NCBI GenBank assembly: GCA_002633005.1
Contig: NMRA01000475.1
Location: forward strand, 275,130 to 339,129
From: Phoronis australis
Lineage: Eukaryota; Animalia; Phoronida
Length of the DNA stretch: 64,000 nt
Direction: 5' to 3'
Shown: positions 1-12,445 of the stretch, one piece after another
Layout of the letters: every line of letters begins with the position of its first letter
Numbering within the stretch: position 1 is the stretch's first letter
Translations under genes and position numbers: made by a program
The notes under the pieces: model-generated
What the model saw: the letters and a program-made list of their open reading frames with translations, nothing else
Told to the model about the DNA's origin: nothing
Database searches by the model: none

Positions 1-699
1 CTTTGTTTAATAACCAAAATGCTATTACGATCAAAGCAGCTACAACCTGGTATTTCGCGACAAATAAGTCAAGTTTTGCTTTAAATCACATAAACACTTG
101 GCCAAAAAATTGTTTATTTGCCAACAAATGGGATTTCTGACTAGACTTCTGGTCTTGGAAAGAACAGGCTTCACAACTTGACTTGTCACGACGTGTCATT
201 TTATTCACTGAGCATGATCTCAAGCAATAAAGAGTTGTCAGTGTTCTACAAGACGGCTTTAAAATGTATAACTTCTTGAATTAGGCAATATATGTTACAT
301 CGGCAGCATGCGCGGTATGATTGAATGAACACATCTCTTCGTGTGCGAGATATTGGTAGCTGTCATTAAATGCAAATTATCAATCGACCCGGCTTTAATT
401 TGTTAGGTATAATGAAAAACGTATGAGAAATTTGACAAGTGTCTTTGTTTGCGTGACAGCTCACAATAATCCCATAGTTTAATTTCGATAAAGCAATAAA
501 AATGTGAAGTTTGTTTTGTGAAAGTCTATAGTCGATAAAGACATCCTGACAACATACTTGGCACTAATCTTTTGGGCTAAGCATTGGAGGATTTTTAAAA
601 TACCTAGGAAGGTTCCCAATCAATTTTTTAACAACTGTGCCGTGTTGAAGTCGTTGGACCAAAATTTGGCAACTAAGACGGCGAAACTTCAATTAAATG

Positions 700-1110
700 T
701 CATATAGTACCCTAGAAAAAATGTCCAAATTTTACAAACGTTCGAAAAATCAAACTTCAAAAATGATTTATCGACAAGATTCATTTGAAACTCTCAGGTT
801 TATAAAAACAAAAACGAAACGATAATTTAGGAAACTGTAAATTTGGTTTTGAAATTTTATTTTAACCACGTATATCAAGTGAAATTTGGTCATGTGATTG
901 ATACTGTAGTTTTGCTGTCAATGTATTTCATTGTTTGCTAAATTTTGATAAAAAGACTCGGTCACGTGATACCAAAACAAGCACATCGGTAAACAGTCAC
1001 CAATTAATTCCTACAGGATTTCTGATTACAGAAAATACATACTTTTACTGAGTTAAAATTCATAGGTTTGTAGATGACCAAATACAAAAGTTGATAAGGT
1101 CCTACATAGT
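700..1110 (+). repeat. Dispersed repeat family copy A (old non-autonomous element fragment)
   Basis: Shares blocks AAATGTCCAxATTT...GATTCAxTTGAxACTxTCAG...GAGTTxAAxTCxxTxGTxTTGTAGAT with ~5215-5650 and ~46330-46775. Boundaries approximate. Confidence 0.5.
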
Positions 1111-1923
1111 TTTTACATTATGAATCGAAACCAATTACGACAGTTGGTCCGGGTACTCACAAATCCTCAAAGTCGTGTGCCTTGCATTCTCTAAAATTAT
1201 GAATCATTATCAATGAAATGTCAACGTCCTCAACTTGAACTTTGCTGACTGATCGCATGATGATTGGATCGTGAAAAAAACAACGGACTTGTCAAAATTT
1301 CATGAGATCTGTGAGGTGGAATATACTCTGTTGGAAATCTTCGACTTAAAAGCGAACGGCGGACCTGCGCAAGTCCACTAGAAGATTGGGTCCCATAGGA
1401 TTATCGCGTTTTGTATAATTATCCGGAATAATCATGCCTCCGACTGGCCGACTTTTTGTGACTCAGTAAGATTTCAATCAATCAATTATAAGCTTTTCAA
1501 AAATTAAGATTAACCTTTAGTTAAATCAAGCTATTTTCGGAAAACGGGGAGGCATGCAAACTTACACGGCTGTCTACCAAACAAGCTCGGCATTTCTAAA
1601 AATTTTCAGCTCGTCTCACGCAGCAATCCAGTGCTCCGTTTCGTTAACAAATGCTTTTTTCTAGAGAAGTTACCCCTCTCCACGATGCTCCGACTCTTTT
1701 TCACCCTTAAACCCAGAGGATAAGGCCTTAATTTTTTCTATTTTATAACTCATGATCTCAGCTAATAACTTCAAGAAGTCAAATTTTGTTAACTACACAC
1801 TGGATCCAACCGCAAGTGAATGTCACAAATTCGCGAGACTGGAACCTTTTCTCAAACCTCTAATCTTATCTGGAATCCCTTGAACCAGTGGTAATGAAAT
1901 CTCCCAAGTCCTTCGGTCCCTAC

Positions 1924-3042
1924 CTTTGTATTGACAGCAGCGCCACCAAACAGCAAAATTGACATCATCAGTACAGAAAAGGAGATTTTATAAATTACGT
2001 CCAACAGAACTAGCGTTGACTCCGTGAACTGTTCAGCATAAAATGCTATTCCATATAATCCGATACAAATAATGATGATGTTTGCAGTGACGGTGATCGC
2101 ATTCAAGAGATACATACAGTTATCCGAAATTCCCGCAAGTCGGCAGATTTTCTGATGCTTACGACGGAAGTAGTTCATACGTCCATTGAGGATTCCGTTA
2201 GGACCAATCGCTTGGTGCAGCTCATCGTTAAATCTCAAAAAGTCTCTATAAATAATTGCACTCGAACTGTAAGTTAGAACGAGGGGGAATATCCATGTCC
2301 CGGAAAGGATAATTCCAAGTAGTATACAGAGAAACCTGACGCTGACGTGAACGTCTTTCGGGTGAAGTGGCATCAACCACACATCAAAAACTGTGCTTTT
2401 CATTAAACCGAAGGTGAGATACGAAACGTTTATTGTTACACACAGCCATGATATCACCGCAAATGCTATGGATTTTCTACGAACAACAGCTCGTCTCGTT
2501 GGCCATTCTGAATCTGTTCGCTTGATCTGCATCCACGCTTCTAAGAATTTTGGCAAATGGTCTTTTTTGTAACTGGTCAAGAAACAAGCGGATTGGTTCA
2601 ACGCACATTGTAGGAACCACGTCAGGTTGACAAGTTTGGAGAATAGCACTCCGCCGAATTTTTCATTTGCGGAAAATATGAAAAGAAATCTAAACGCATT
2701 GAGCCAAACGATCACTAAAACAATGAGAGAATAGATGAAAGTCAGACTTGGCCTTGGAAATTTTCCTTGTCTATGCTTCACACCGTAATGCATGCAACCC
2801 ACGAGACGAAAACTCGTCGTCATGGGATACAATACATTGTCTCCATCGTACATTTTGTCGTCTGAGCTTGGTGGAAAAGATGAATCGTCTGCAATAGTGA
2901 CGTCAGTGGCTCCACAGAATGCTCCAGAAAACCGGGTATGGTCACACCCGCGGGGTTCAAGTTGGACCAGTCCGTAAGCCCCTCTTCTATCTTCAGCCAA
3001 ATCTCCATGGTTCGAAGTCGGTTGTCGATCCATATTGGACAT
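1924..3042 (-). CDS. Gustatory receptor-like (GRL, 7tm_7 chemoreceptor/ion channel family), first coding exon (373 codons); gene continues left
   Basis: Long ORF with about six hydrophobic helices (IYSLIVLVIVWLNAFRFLF; IAFAVISWLCVTINVSYL; FLCILLGIILSGTWIFPL; YLLNAITVTANIIIICIGLYGIAFY). It has the GR-typical 'FRRKHQKICRLAGISDN' segment and a TM6 end 'GAAVNTK' followed by donor AAG|GTAGG at 1924/1923 (1119 nt, phase 0). An acceptor CTATTTCAG near 3125 suggests a 5'UTR intron. The TM7 exon was not found in 1-1923. Confidence 0.85.
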
Positions 3043-3629
3043 TGGTTAGTCTATTCAGGCTGATACGTATGTGATGTATTAACGACGACCAGCGAGGCGC
3101 GACTGCAAGCACTTCAACTGGGATCTGAAATAGTTAAAGGAATTTGAACTAAACGCTGCCTGCCTGGAAAGAATGAATGGATGGGTTTGTTGCAGACTCG
3201 ATAATACAATGCTTCATGCATTTTTCACATAAAAATACAAAACACTTCCGTAAGCTTGTTAAAACATAATAAGAGTACTGTGCCATAATAGCGAGCATTA
3301 TTAGACTATTGGCATACCAGAGGTGTGACACAAAGATTGATTGGTCAAATTTTCTAATTACATCAGAGAATGTTCGTAGTAGCGACTAAACATTAAAACA
3401 CACTGCATCTGCTTACTCAAGTCATATCAGTTGTCTGGGCAAAAGTAACGAAACTTATGACCAGATTTTATTAACCTACTAAATAATATACTCCACACAA
3501 TTGTTTAATTGACAATTTGTGTTCAGTAATTAATGCCTCACCCATAAGAACATCGTGTATGTAGCTTGCATTCGGTTTTATGTCCGGCCAGAAACAGTAG
3601 TAAATAAATGATTACAAAATAAATGATTA

Positions 3630-3885
3630 CATGCAAGCACGGGGGGTCGCGGGTTTCAACAACCCCTCCTCCCGTCATTTGGCGAATTGGTCAAAAAGGT
3701 CCGCCTCGGAGAAACAAGAAACCAAAAAAGTAGAAAACGAGACAAAAGTGAACTAAAAAGGCTGGAACTACCAAAATTCGGCGCGAATGCATAATTCATC
3801 ACTCTAAACGTACCCTGTGAATCTTAGTAAAAGGTCCACATGCTCAAAAATTCGAGCCCCCATTTTTAGGCAGGATGCGCGCATA
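3630..3885. mobile_element. MITE with 5-bp TSD (GATTA)
   Basis: GATTA|CATGCAAGCACGGGGGG ... GGATGCGCGCATA|GATTA. Internal AAAAGGTCC motifs are shared with the MITE at 41344-45205. Confidence 0.6.
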
Positions 3886-3948
3886 GATTATAATTGATTT
3901 AAATAATCAAGTAGTTCCCGTGATGCTACAACCGATTTAAAAAAATTA

Positions 3949-4985
3949 CGGTGTTTTCTGTATTAATTCGTACACAACATTAGTGCGTACAGGACCCTTG
4001 AAACCCGTTTGTCTCCAATAGTTCGTACAGTAGGCGTCCGAGGATAAATAGTTCGTACACATATTTGCGTGGAAAAAAATAATTCGTACAAGATTTTTGG
4101 ATCGGTAAAATGGAAATTTTCATTCTTATAAAAGAACACAGATCAACAAGTGCCAATTCTATTCAGGCGATCGAAATCCGTTATATGCTTTACTACGCTA
4201 GCATAGAGCTCGAAAAGTCGTTTTTCAAATCGCCATTTTTGGCGACAGAAAATGTAGAAATAGCGGTAAGATTTTCCATTGTGTTGCCAAATGGATTTTC
4301 CCAACAAGGTTCTGTTACTCTCAGATTAGTATACACGAATAAATTTACAAAAGTGCGGGATTATAAAAGACCCGTTGCTTTGGATATTCCTTGGGCCCAA
4401 TGTTCCTCAGAACCAAGTGGCTCTAGGCTCGATGAGGCACATTGTCCTTTCCGTCACCACGACATCCTCGGTAACCCGGCAAAATACATTTCCAGAAAGT
4501 CGGGGAAATTTCATCAAGATAGGGAGAACTTGACATCTTTCCATGAGGTATGAAAATTGTTCAAAATCCGAGAGCTTCGCTTCTAAATCGAATTGGGAGT
4601 GTTGGCAAAACCACCGTCACATTTCTGTGGCCTGATTTTTTTAATGCAAGGTTTATCTAGTGCACTGCAGTGGGAAATTAAGTGCGGCAGACGAAATCAA
4701 AGAAAGCGGATGTTCTGAAGGTGGCGTGTTTCCTGAAGTTTGCGAACATGGGACGAAAATAAAGTGACAAAGAGTTCAAGTATTATATTTTGAAGTAAAT
4801 CCATCACCCGGGAAAATAATTTGTTACTTGTTGTTATAATTCACATTGCCAAACCACCGTCTCGGAGGCTGTCGTGTTGCACTCGTTCTTATTCGAACAC
4901 TTTTGTCTCTATTAATTCTTACACGAAACTCTCAAGGGAAAAAATAGTTCGTACACAGGTGTACGAACTAATAGAGAAAACACCG
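3949..4985. mobile_element. Non-autonomous TIR DNA element (Tc1/mariner-like, TA on left flank)
   Basis: 27-bp TIR CGGTGTTTTCTGTATTAATTCGTACAC vs GTGTACGAACTAATAGAGAAAACACCG (2 mismatches). A subterminal motif AATA(G/A)TTCGTACA is repeated several times. Confidence 0.65.
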
Positions 4986-5214
4986 AACTTTCAAGTTCAC
5001 TAAAGGCCGAGTAATTTCATCCTCAAATTTTGTATCGCAATAAAATAATACCAAAAATCAGATGTTGACCCTTAAATTTTAAATTTCAGTTTCATAACAG
5101 AAATTGTGCGATTATCATTCAGTATTGAAAGACCGGCAATTCCGTTTTAGAGAGTGTAAATGCAAACCTTGTATTGCTTTTCACTTTTTCCTCGTTAAGG
5201 TTAATTAGGACCCT

Positions 5215-5650
5215 TGAAAAATGTCCATATTTGGTTAATACCATAACACCATGTCTCAGAAATGGCTGAACGGATTCATAAGAAACCTTCAGATACACTG
5301 TTCCCTAAAACGTTTGTTGAAATTATTTTTAAATTGATCCACTTTTCTATGAGGAGCTATAGAACAACAAATGAAGTGATACTTCAGTAAAACTGCAACA
5401 ACTTTTTTGAGATTTCATTCTGAATCTTTCTATCAAACGACACTTGGTCATATTATGGATTCCATTCTTTTGCTATCGATGTACCTTTCCTTTTTGCTAA
5501 AAAGACATGGCCAACGAATGACAGGTTGGTAAAAAGTCAAAAATCGACTACTACAGTTTTTCTACTTTCACAAAATATATACTTGCACCGAGTTCAAATC
5601 TATAGTATTGTAGATACTGGACGAAATGCACAGACTTGTAGATAGTGTCC
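5215..5650 (+). repeat. Dispersed repeat family copy B
   Basis: AAATGTCCATATTTGG...CATGTCTCAGAAATGGCTGAACGGATTCATAGAAACCTTCAG aligns with 46330-46395. Confidence 0.55.
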
Positions 5651-8600
5651 TACATGACGTTGAAGTGACGTAATCCGTGAATATGAGACATGAATGCCAT
5701 TGCCAAGGTTGAACAGAATTTCACTAAATCTACTCAACAGTTGTTCTGAACCTCTTCATCAAAATACTAGAAATGTGTTTTCTTTCGTTTTCGGCAAACT
5801 CGGTTTTACTTGAAAAGTTTAACATTTAAAAATCCACGGCAGTCCGTTTTCCAGACTACTCATCGGGCATCTGGGGTTTCAGGAAATTTCCGTGCCCTGA
5901 AACCATCCAAAGTATAGCAATACGTTTCTTTTTAGGTGTTAATAGAGTTTCTCCGAATCACGCTGTTAGCGGAGATATGGGTTCGGAACTTTCAATAAAT
6001 CGCAGAAATTGAAAATACGCTTATGGAATAGACTTGATAGTGGCTTTGCCAGATGACAGACTTACCAATTGGCAAAATTTGTAAAAATGTCCTACTTCAG
6101 ATGAAATGAAACCTTGTACCCTACTATTTAAATACATGCGATATTGAAGGTGACAAATAAACCCAAAGGGTTCAGGGTACATACACATCAACTGGATAGT
6201 ATTGTTGTAATTGAAAATTGTACTTGTCACTATAATAAATAACTAACTAACAAACCAACGAAGTGACTGGAAGCCAACGTCGGGAAACGGCGATTTCTAA
6301 CGAAACCACCAAAACTCAACGGATTTTGTTTTATGGCTTAAGTTGGTCAAAGAAAATAACTTCAAGTAGTCTATCTTACGCAATCTAACAATGTTCACGA
6401 AAATGCGTCTTTCTGTCCTAAAACCGGCTGTGTCCCATTACGAACGAGTATCTTACGTGAACGGATTTGGGGGCTTTGGCACCGAACCACCCAAAATAAA
6501 AACGGCTCTAACATGCTGCCTTCAGGGTATATCGGGAAATTGTTATTCGAAAATGGTGGTTTGCTCGGCCCCCCGCCTTCCCTTGTAAATCACCAAGAAC
6601 TGGAAAGACATCTGCCGATTACCACGGCAACAACAATTTATGAAGACAGGGGTAAAATAGGTCATGAAGACAGGGGCCTGAACACCCAGTCTCACGGGTG
6701 TGCCTTATGTGTACCAATGAATTTCACAACCCCTTCTTGGTGAGAGTTGTTCGCCGTGGCAAGTGAAACAGGAACTTTAGATTCCATGCAAAAACGGAAA
6801 AAATGAGGTCACGTTTTCTACTTCGTCTCCTCCACAGACCCTCTAGATTGGTTAGGGCTGAACCAACAATGAGATTGATTCATAGGTTGGGGTCAGGGCC
6901 TAACTAGATATCAGTAACGTCAGAGTGTGAGCCCTGGGAACCAAATTAATTCTCGTCGAGAATTAATTAATAACTTTTCCTTATTTTTGTTAAATGAACT
7001 AATCACTCTTCGTCTCCAAGATGACACTGGCAAAACAAATTTCTGAGACGCCGCAGAAGCATCCACACACAACGTACTAGTAGTCCGAGTCAAAACGAAC
7101 TACATGTTAGTAGACTACATATTTTATGGTGATCCCTTCCAAAATTCCAATCACTTCTTCATGGGGTTAAATTGATTAACTTGACCATTAACCTGGAAGA
7201 ACCTTGCTGACTTACGCAAACATACATGAGGATTTACGCTATGATAAAATTTTCATAAAATTCTATTTATTTCACTTTCTCGCTGAAAGTGATCAGTGGA
7301 ACTCCCTATTCTAGAAATGTAAGAACTCTGATATCTATACACATGTATGGATATGCGTACGATACACTAGCTGGCACACATATCTCGGAACAGACATAAT
7401 CAAAACACAGTAGTGTGACAATAAACTTACTTGATTTATGTATACTTTAACAGGTTTAGAGGATGGAGCGTTTATAAACTTTTTACTGGCATCCATTTTG
7501 GAAACTTCATTTACCAAACGAAGTCAGTTACCATGAACAAAACGTGAGCACGTTTGACATGGCGTGAGCCTGGAGTAATTAGACGATGGTTACCAAAGCA
7601 ATGTGTTTGGAATTGACGAAGAAACACCTTTGAAACGAATAAATAACTTGCAACTTTCTAAGTCTGTGACTGCATGAGCATATATTACGTAACGGACAAA
7701 CTTATCATTCATTTAGGCATAGTATAAGAACGCCTTAAGAACGTCTTGTGTTTGCATGCTGTAGTGTGGTGACTACATGGTACGTTTTCAGCCAAGTTTT
7801 ATAAATCAATGGGGTCCGCTTCTGTAGAAGCAGACAGATGTTAATTGCAAAATTACAGTCAATGTCTATGCTCATCTCTCCCTAAACCCCTGTAGGCTAT
7901 TGTTTTAAAAGCGTCTTTTGATGATTTTAACCAATCCCCGTTCTGTCACCAGCTAATGCTTAATTGGAGTCAATCTTGAAAGATAAAGGCAAGAATCAAG
8001 TCAAAACTCATTCTCCCTATCTCACTACTTGGATATTAAGGTCTTTGGCGGGTGGTCTCTTACCCACAGTTGCCGTGAAATTCACTAAAAGTGAAGGTTA
8101 CGCTTGTCCTTTTAGAAGACTTTGAAAGGAGTTTTCAGTTTTTTCTTCCAACTTTTGAGGGTTGTCGAAGGTTAAAAAGCAATTATTTTGTTTCACAAAA
8201 CTGGATGGCTAGATCTGTTAATAGATCAAAACCGGATTTGGTATCCTTTTAAGAAAATTTAGGAAACCTCGCATACAAGGTTTTACTTATAATAAATAAT
8301 GCAGAAATTTAATGAATGCACTACAAGAAGTTGTTCTCAATAACTTAGGCGAAGCGACATCACGTGATAAATGTACCCTTGGTCCAAGAAAGCCAATTAA
8401 ACATTTACGCATTCCCTCGGAATTTATCATTCGTGAGTAGCAACGAATAGAAAAATTGTTCGACCGGAAGTCACGACATTGGGAGTCATCTTGTAATAAG
8501 CCTCATAAGTGACAACTCTAATACACAACTGGACGAATGACAAGGTAAACAAAAGGATTCTTGGAAGTGTTGGCGTTCTTGGAATCTTGGAACTATTAGA

Positions 8601-11600
8601 CAGGGTCAGTTGAAAATGGTCAGCTATGGTGGCTATTTTGCAACATTTTCATTGTCGCTTGTAATGGAGTAATCTAGAACCGGGATAAGGGAAAATAACA
8701 ATCCTAGACTTTCGTGTGACAGTTGAAGAACTAGGCAAGTTCAAACGCTTGACGTCAGGGCTTGGTTGAATAAAAATAATTCGCTGGATAAGCTTGATTG
8801 TCGCTTAGTATTACAGCAAGGTGACGTTTGATTGTGTGACGTCATTGTTGCTATCCAACGTTTAAATTTTATACAAGCGAGCCCAGGATCCTCAAAACTA
8901 TTTTCGCCAGTGCTTAACGTTTTACGGACCATCGTCGCAGGTTAGAAAATTCATTACTTTTCAATAAAATTTATGAGAATAACAGTTCTTTGGGATAATT
9001 GTTCATTACTATTTATATTTCATGGAATATTGTGAAGGTTTTGGCATGCTAAAGAATCACAAGCAAAACTGCATTTTTTACGACTATTTTTACACAAAGG
9101 TCACATTCTTTTCTTTAGTTTGATGAATTATTTGCCTTCACATACTTGGTCTGTTTTCACTCCACTTAAATATTATTTACTCTCAGACGCAGGCCACCTA
9201 CAACCCCATCGAACCATTGCCAACAGTTGGCAACAGATAAATTGCAAGCTAAAACATGAGAACTCTTTCACCTATAAACGCACAAAACGGTATTGGTCTA
9301 CCGTTCTAATTACATTTTCAAAGGACAGCGACGGATCTCAAATGAGGCCTCCAAGAACCATTGCATGAAATGATGGAGTGCAACCCCGGTTTTAGTGACA
9401 TACTAAGTGTGACCGATAATGCCTTCTAGCTCAGTGAATGGAGATCTGATGGCGACCAGCCCAAATGCATCACGACCTTATTCCACAATGTTGACGGAAA
9501 AGATACGATCATATGTTTGTCACTGAATAAAGTAACAACAATTCGTACTTACATGGTTGATGTTTAATATTCAGTCCACTCTTCCAACGTCCCGCGGTGA
9601 CAATCACCCTACGTCTATGTATTAAGATCATGTATTAACTCGTTAAATCGCCGCAAACCAAACTAAACACGCCAGCTGACGATCTCGTGACGTGAACAGT
9701 TTATGTAAACCTTGGGTAGCTCTTGGCTTGCGCTGTTTGCGTGGGGCGAACACCGTGAGTTCTGAGTACAAACGCTCTGTTGCTGGTTGTTTTATCGAAC
9801 GAGTCAATATTTGATGCATCGATTTATATGTCAAGATTATGTTTCATTTCTCAGATTTATCATCAAAATAACTTGGTCTTGGGGGATAATCTCAGGTACT
9901 GCAGTGCCACCCCCCCCCCCTCCCGATCTGATATAGTCAAGGTCACACTTTTAACTCGGACAGCAACCTCTGTTTATCGAATAAAACTTGGAGTCTTTCA
10001 TTAATGAAGATTTTTCAACAAAAAAACTGCTTTAGCATGTGTGCAATTCATGCAAGCAAACTCTTGGGGAATGGACTCGTTGGCATTAAAAAATATTTGC
10101 AGGCGAACTGGTACATGTTGTAACAGACGTGCGTAGGCCGCGCATGTGATTCCATTGCAGTGATCGCCTGGAACTATTTTTATGCTTTATTGATATATAG
10201 TTGGCATATTGACACAATATGAAGATGAAGCACCTTTTTCTATTTTCTATCGCTACTTCGAAACACCAGATTTGAAATGATATATCAATTGGTTGACAAA
10301 CAGAAAAATTTTATGTTCAATAATGTGGCATCACGAACCTACAATGTAATGGAGCAAAATGGCAGTTTGTATGAATCATCAACTTTTGCGAAAAAGACAT
10401 CCTTTTCATTAATGAACTTTTTATTGTGAAGGCAAACTTTTTAGTTACACCAGGTTTCTTCATGTGCAGTTTCTCAAGACGTCATTGTGAACATTAATTT
10501 TTCCCAATTATGTTCGCTTCTTTTAAGAAACTGCTTTAAGGGATTTTTAGCCAGAAGCCGTACTATTGATTCCATTAACGCGGTTGTAAAATATGTACTT
10601 ACAAAACCGAGTTCGACTAAGCACACTGTGCCAAAAATGACGACTCTTCAACTGTCCAATGGAGGCTTGGAACGAAAGGCATATCTGTTACCAGGGAAAC
10701 GGAAGGAGCTTTTGTATGCTCCGCACACGTGCTCCAACGCTTTCCGGTACCAATATGTTCACTTTCAAGTGCTGCGTGGCATTTTTTAGTTCAGAAAAAG
10801 GTATCTATATTTTAAGTCGTCTCTGAAACTACAACTTTGGCAAAAATAAATGCAAAAATACAGAATGCTTTTGTAATTTCACTCGATCGTTTTTGATGGT
10901 AATTGTAAGCAAATAAATTATCTTCGAGATTATTTGTTTTCCATGTCAACGGGTAGTTCCAAAAAGCAGCCAGACCACACCCACAATATTAATTGTTGAT
11001 ACAATTTTTCAAGTGTACTGCAGCAACATATTTCCTTCGAAGTTTTTTAATTATATTTCACTGAACTGTTCCAACGAAGAGACGCAGGATCAAATGGGGC
11101 ATGAGAAAGCAAACAAACTGTTGCATGTTACAGTAGTAAAAACACACTCAAGCAAAGCCCTACGCCAGTTTATAGAGCCCAAAGTAGGAATTTTATGTCG
11201 TGACCAATAATTGTAGGTCCGCTCCTGCCATCGGCGGCTGATTGTGGATAGCACATGAAGTGTGCCAGCGGCTCCACGGCGACTGTTCCGTTCAACAGCC
11301 GAGGATAGCTTTTATGTCTGCGGGCAGGTTTGAGCTTATATGTATAGTTCTTGCAACACTGAGAGTTCTGAACGTGTCGGCTGTTCGTTCATGCATAAAG
11401 TGTAAGTTGTTTTCATGTATACGTATATAATGAATAAATAAATAGTCATGATGAAAAATTGGGAAACATCCGTCAGGCACATTTGTTGCCTGATGTTCGT
11501 CCGCCTCTGGAGTTTCACGTGGTATTTGTTGTCTGATTCTTTACAAGTTCTTTTCTGTTGCATTACTCTATTCGTCCTCCCAATGCCAAAGAAGTATTAC

Positions 11601-12242
11601 TGACGTGAACAAGTTTGATAAACAGGACAAATACTCGTGGATGCGTGATCTTAAATTCTTTCGCCTTCTCAACATGAATGAGAGACAGGAAACTGTGCCC
11701 GATTTCCAAAACTAGGTCACGCAATTTCCTATCTCCGGTACAAAGGAGGTTCTATCGCCGTGTAATCCGGGACGACCCTAATAAGTGGACCCGGCCCTCC
11801 CCTTACTGGCAAGACCAACATAAATAATGGTTGCCCCTCCCCCGTCCTATAGATCCGCCGTGCGGGATTACAAATATACAGCATAAGGACATTTCTATCA
11901 GGTTCTTTACCCAGAAATGAATTTGAACACCAATGTCACCAAAATGTAGAAAATCATAATTTGTACGTTTAATAGCTCAATAAATATTCACTAGTCAGGG
12001 AAATCATACAGCGCACGACATGGAAGACAACTTCGTCAATTCATAAAAAGGTCGGGCGCGACAACGGAAACTGCCGAACAAACGGTTCGGAGAGGCGTTT
12101 GGTGCTCGTTTACCACTCGGTTGGCTAATTTCAGGATAGGTGACATTAATTTCCCCCGCACAGACGACACAGTCTCTCCTTGGCTTAGTTTGCTGCACAA
12201 GTAGTCGTATCTACGATAAGTGTGCCAATCATTTCAATGTTG

Positions 12243-12445
12243 CACCAGATGCGTACGCACACCAGATGCGTACGCACACCAGATGCGTACGCACACCAGA
12301 TGCGTACGCACACCAGATGCGTACGCACACCAGATACGTACGCACACCAGATGCGTACGCACACCAGATGCGTACGCACACCAGATGCGTACGCACACCA
12401 GATGCGTACGCACACCAGATGCGTACGCACACCAGATGCATACGC
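12243..12445. repeat. 17-bp minisatellite (ACCAGATGCGTACGCAC), ~11-12 copies
   Basis: Directly visible head-to-tail array with one internal variant unit (GATACGTAC). Each unit contains the palindrome TGCGTACGCA. Confidence 0.97.

Noticed and set aside
4110-4553. 147-aa ORF
   Set aside because: No recognisable motif or splice context; it lies within a non-autonomous TIR element.
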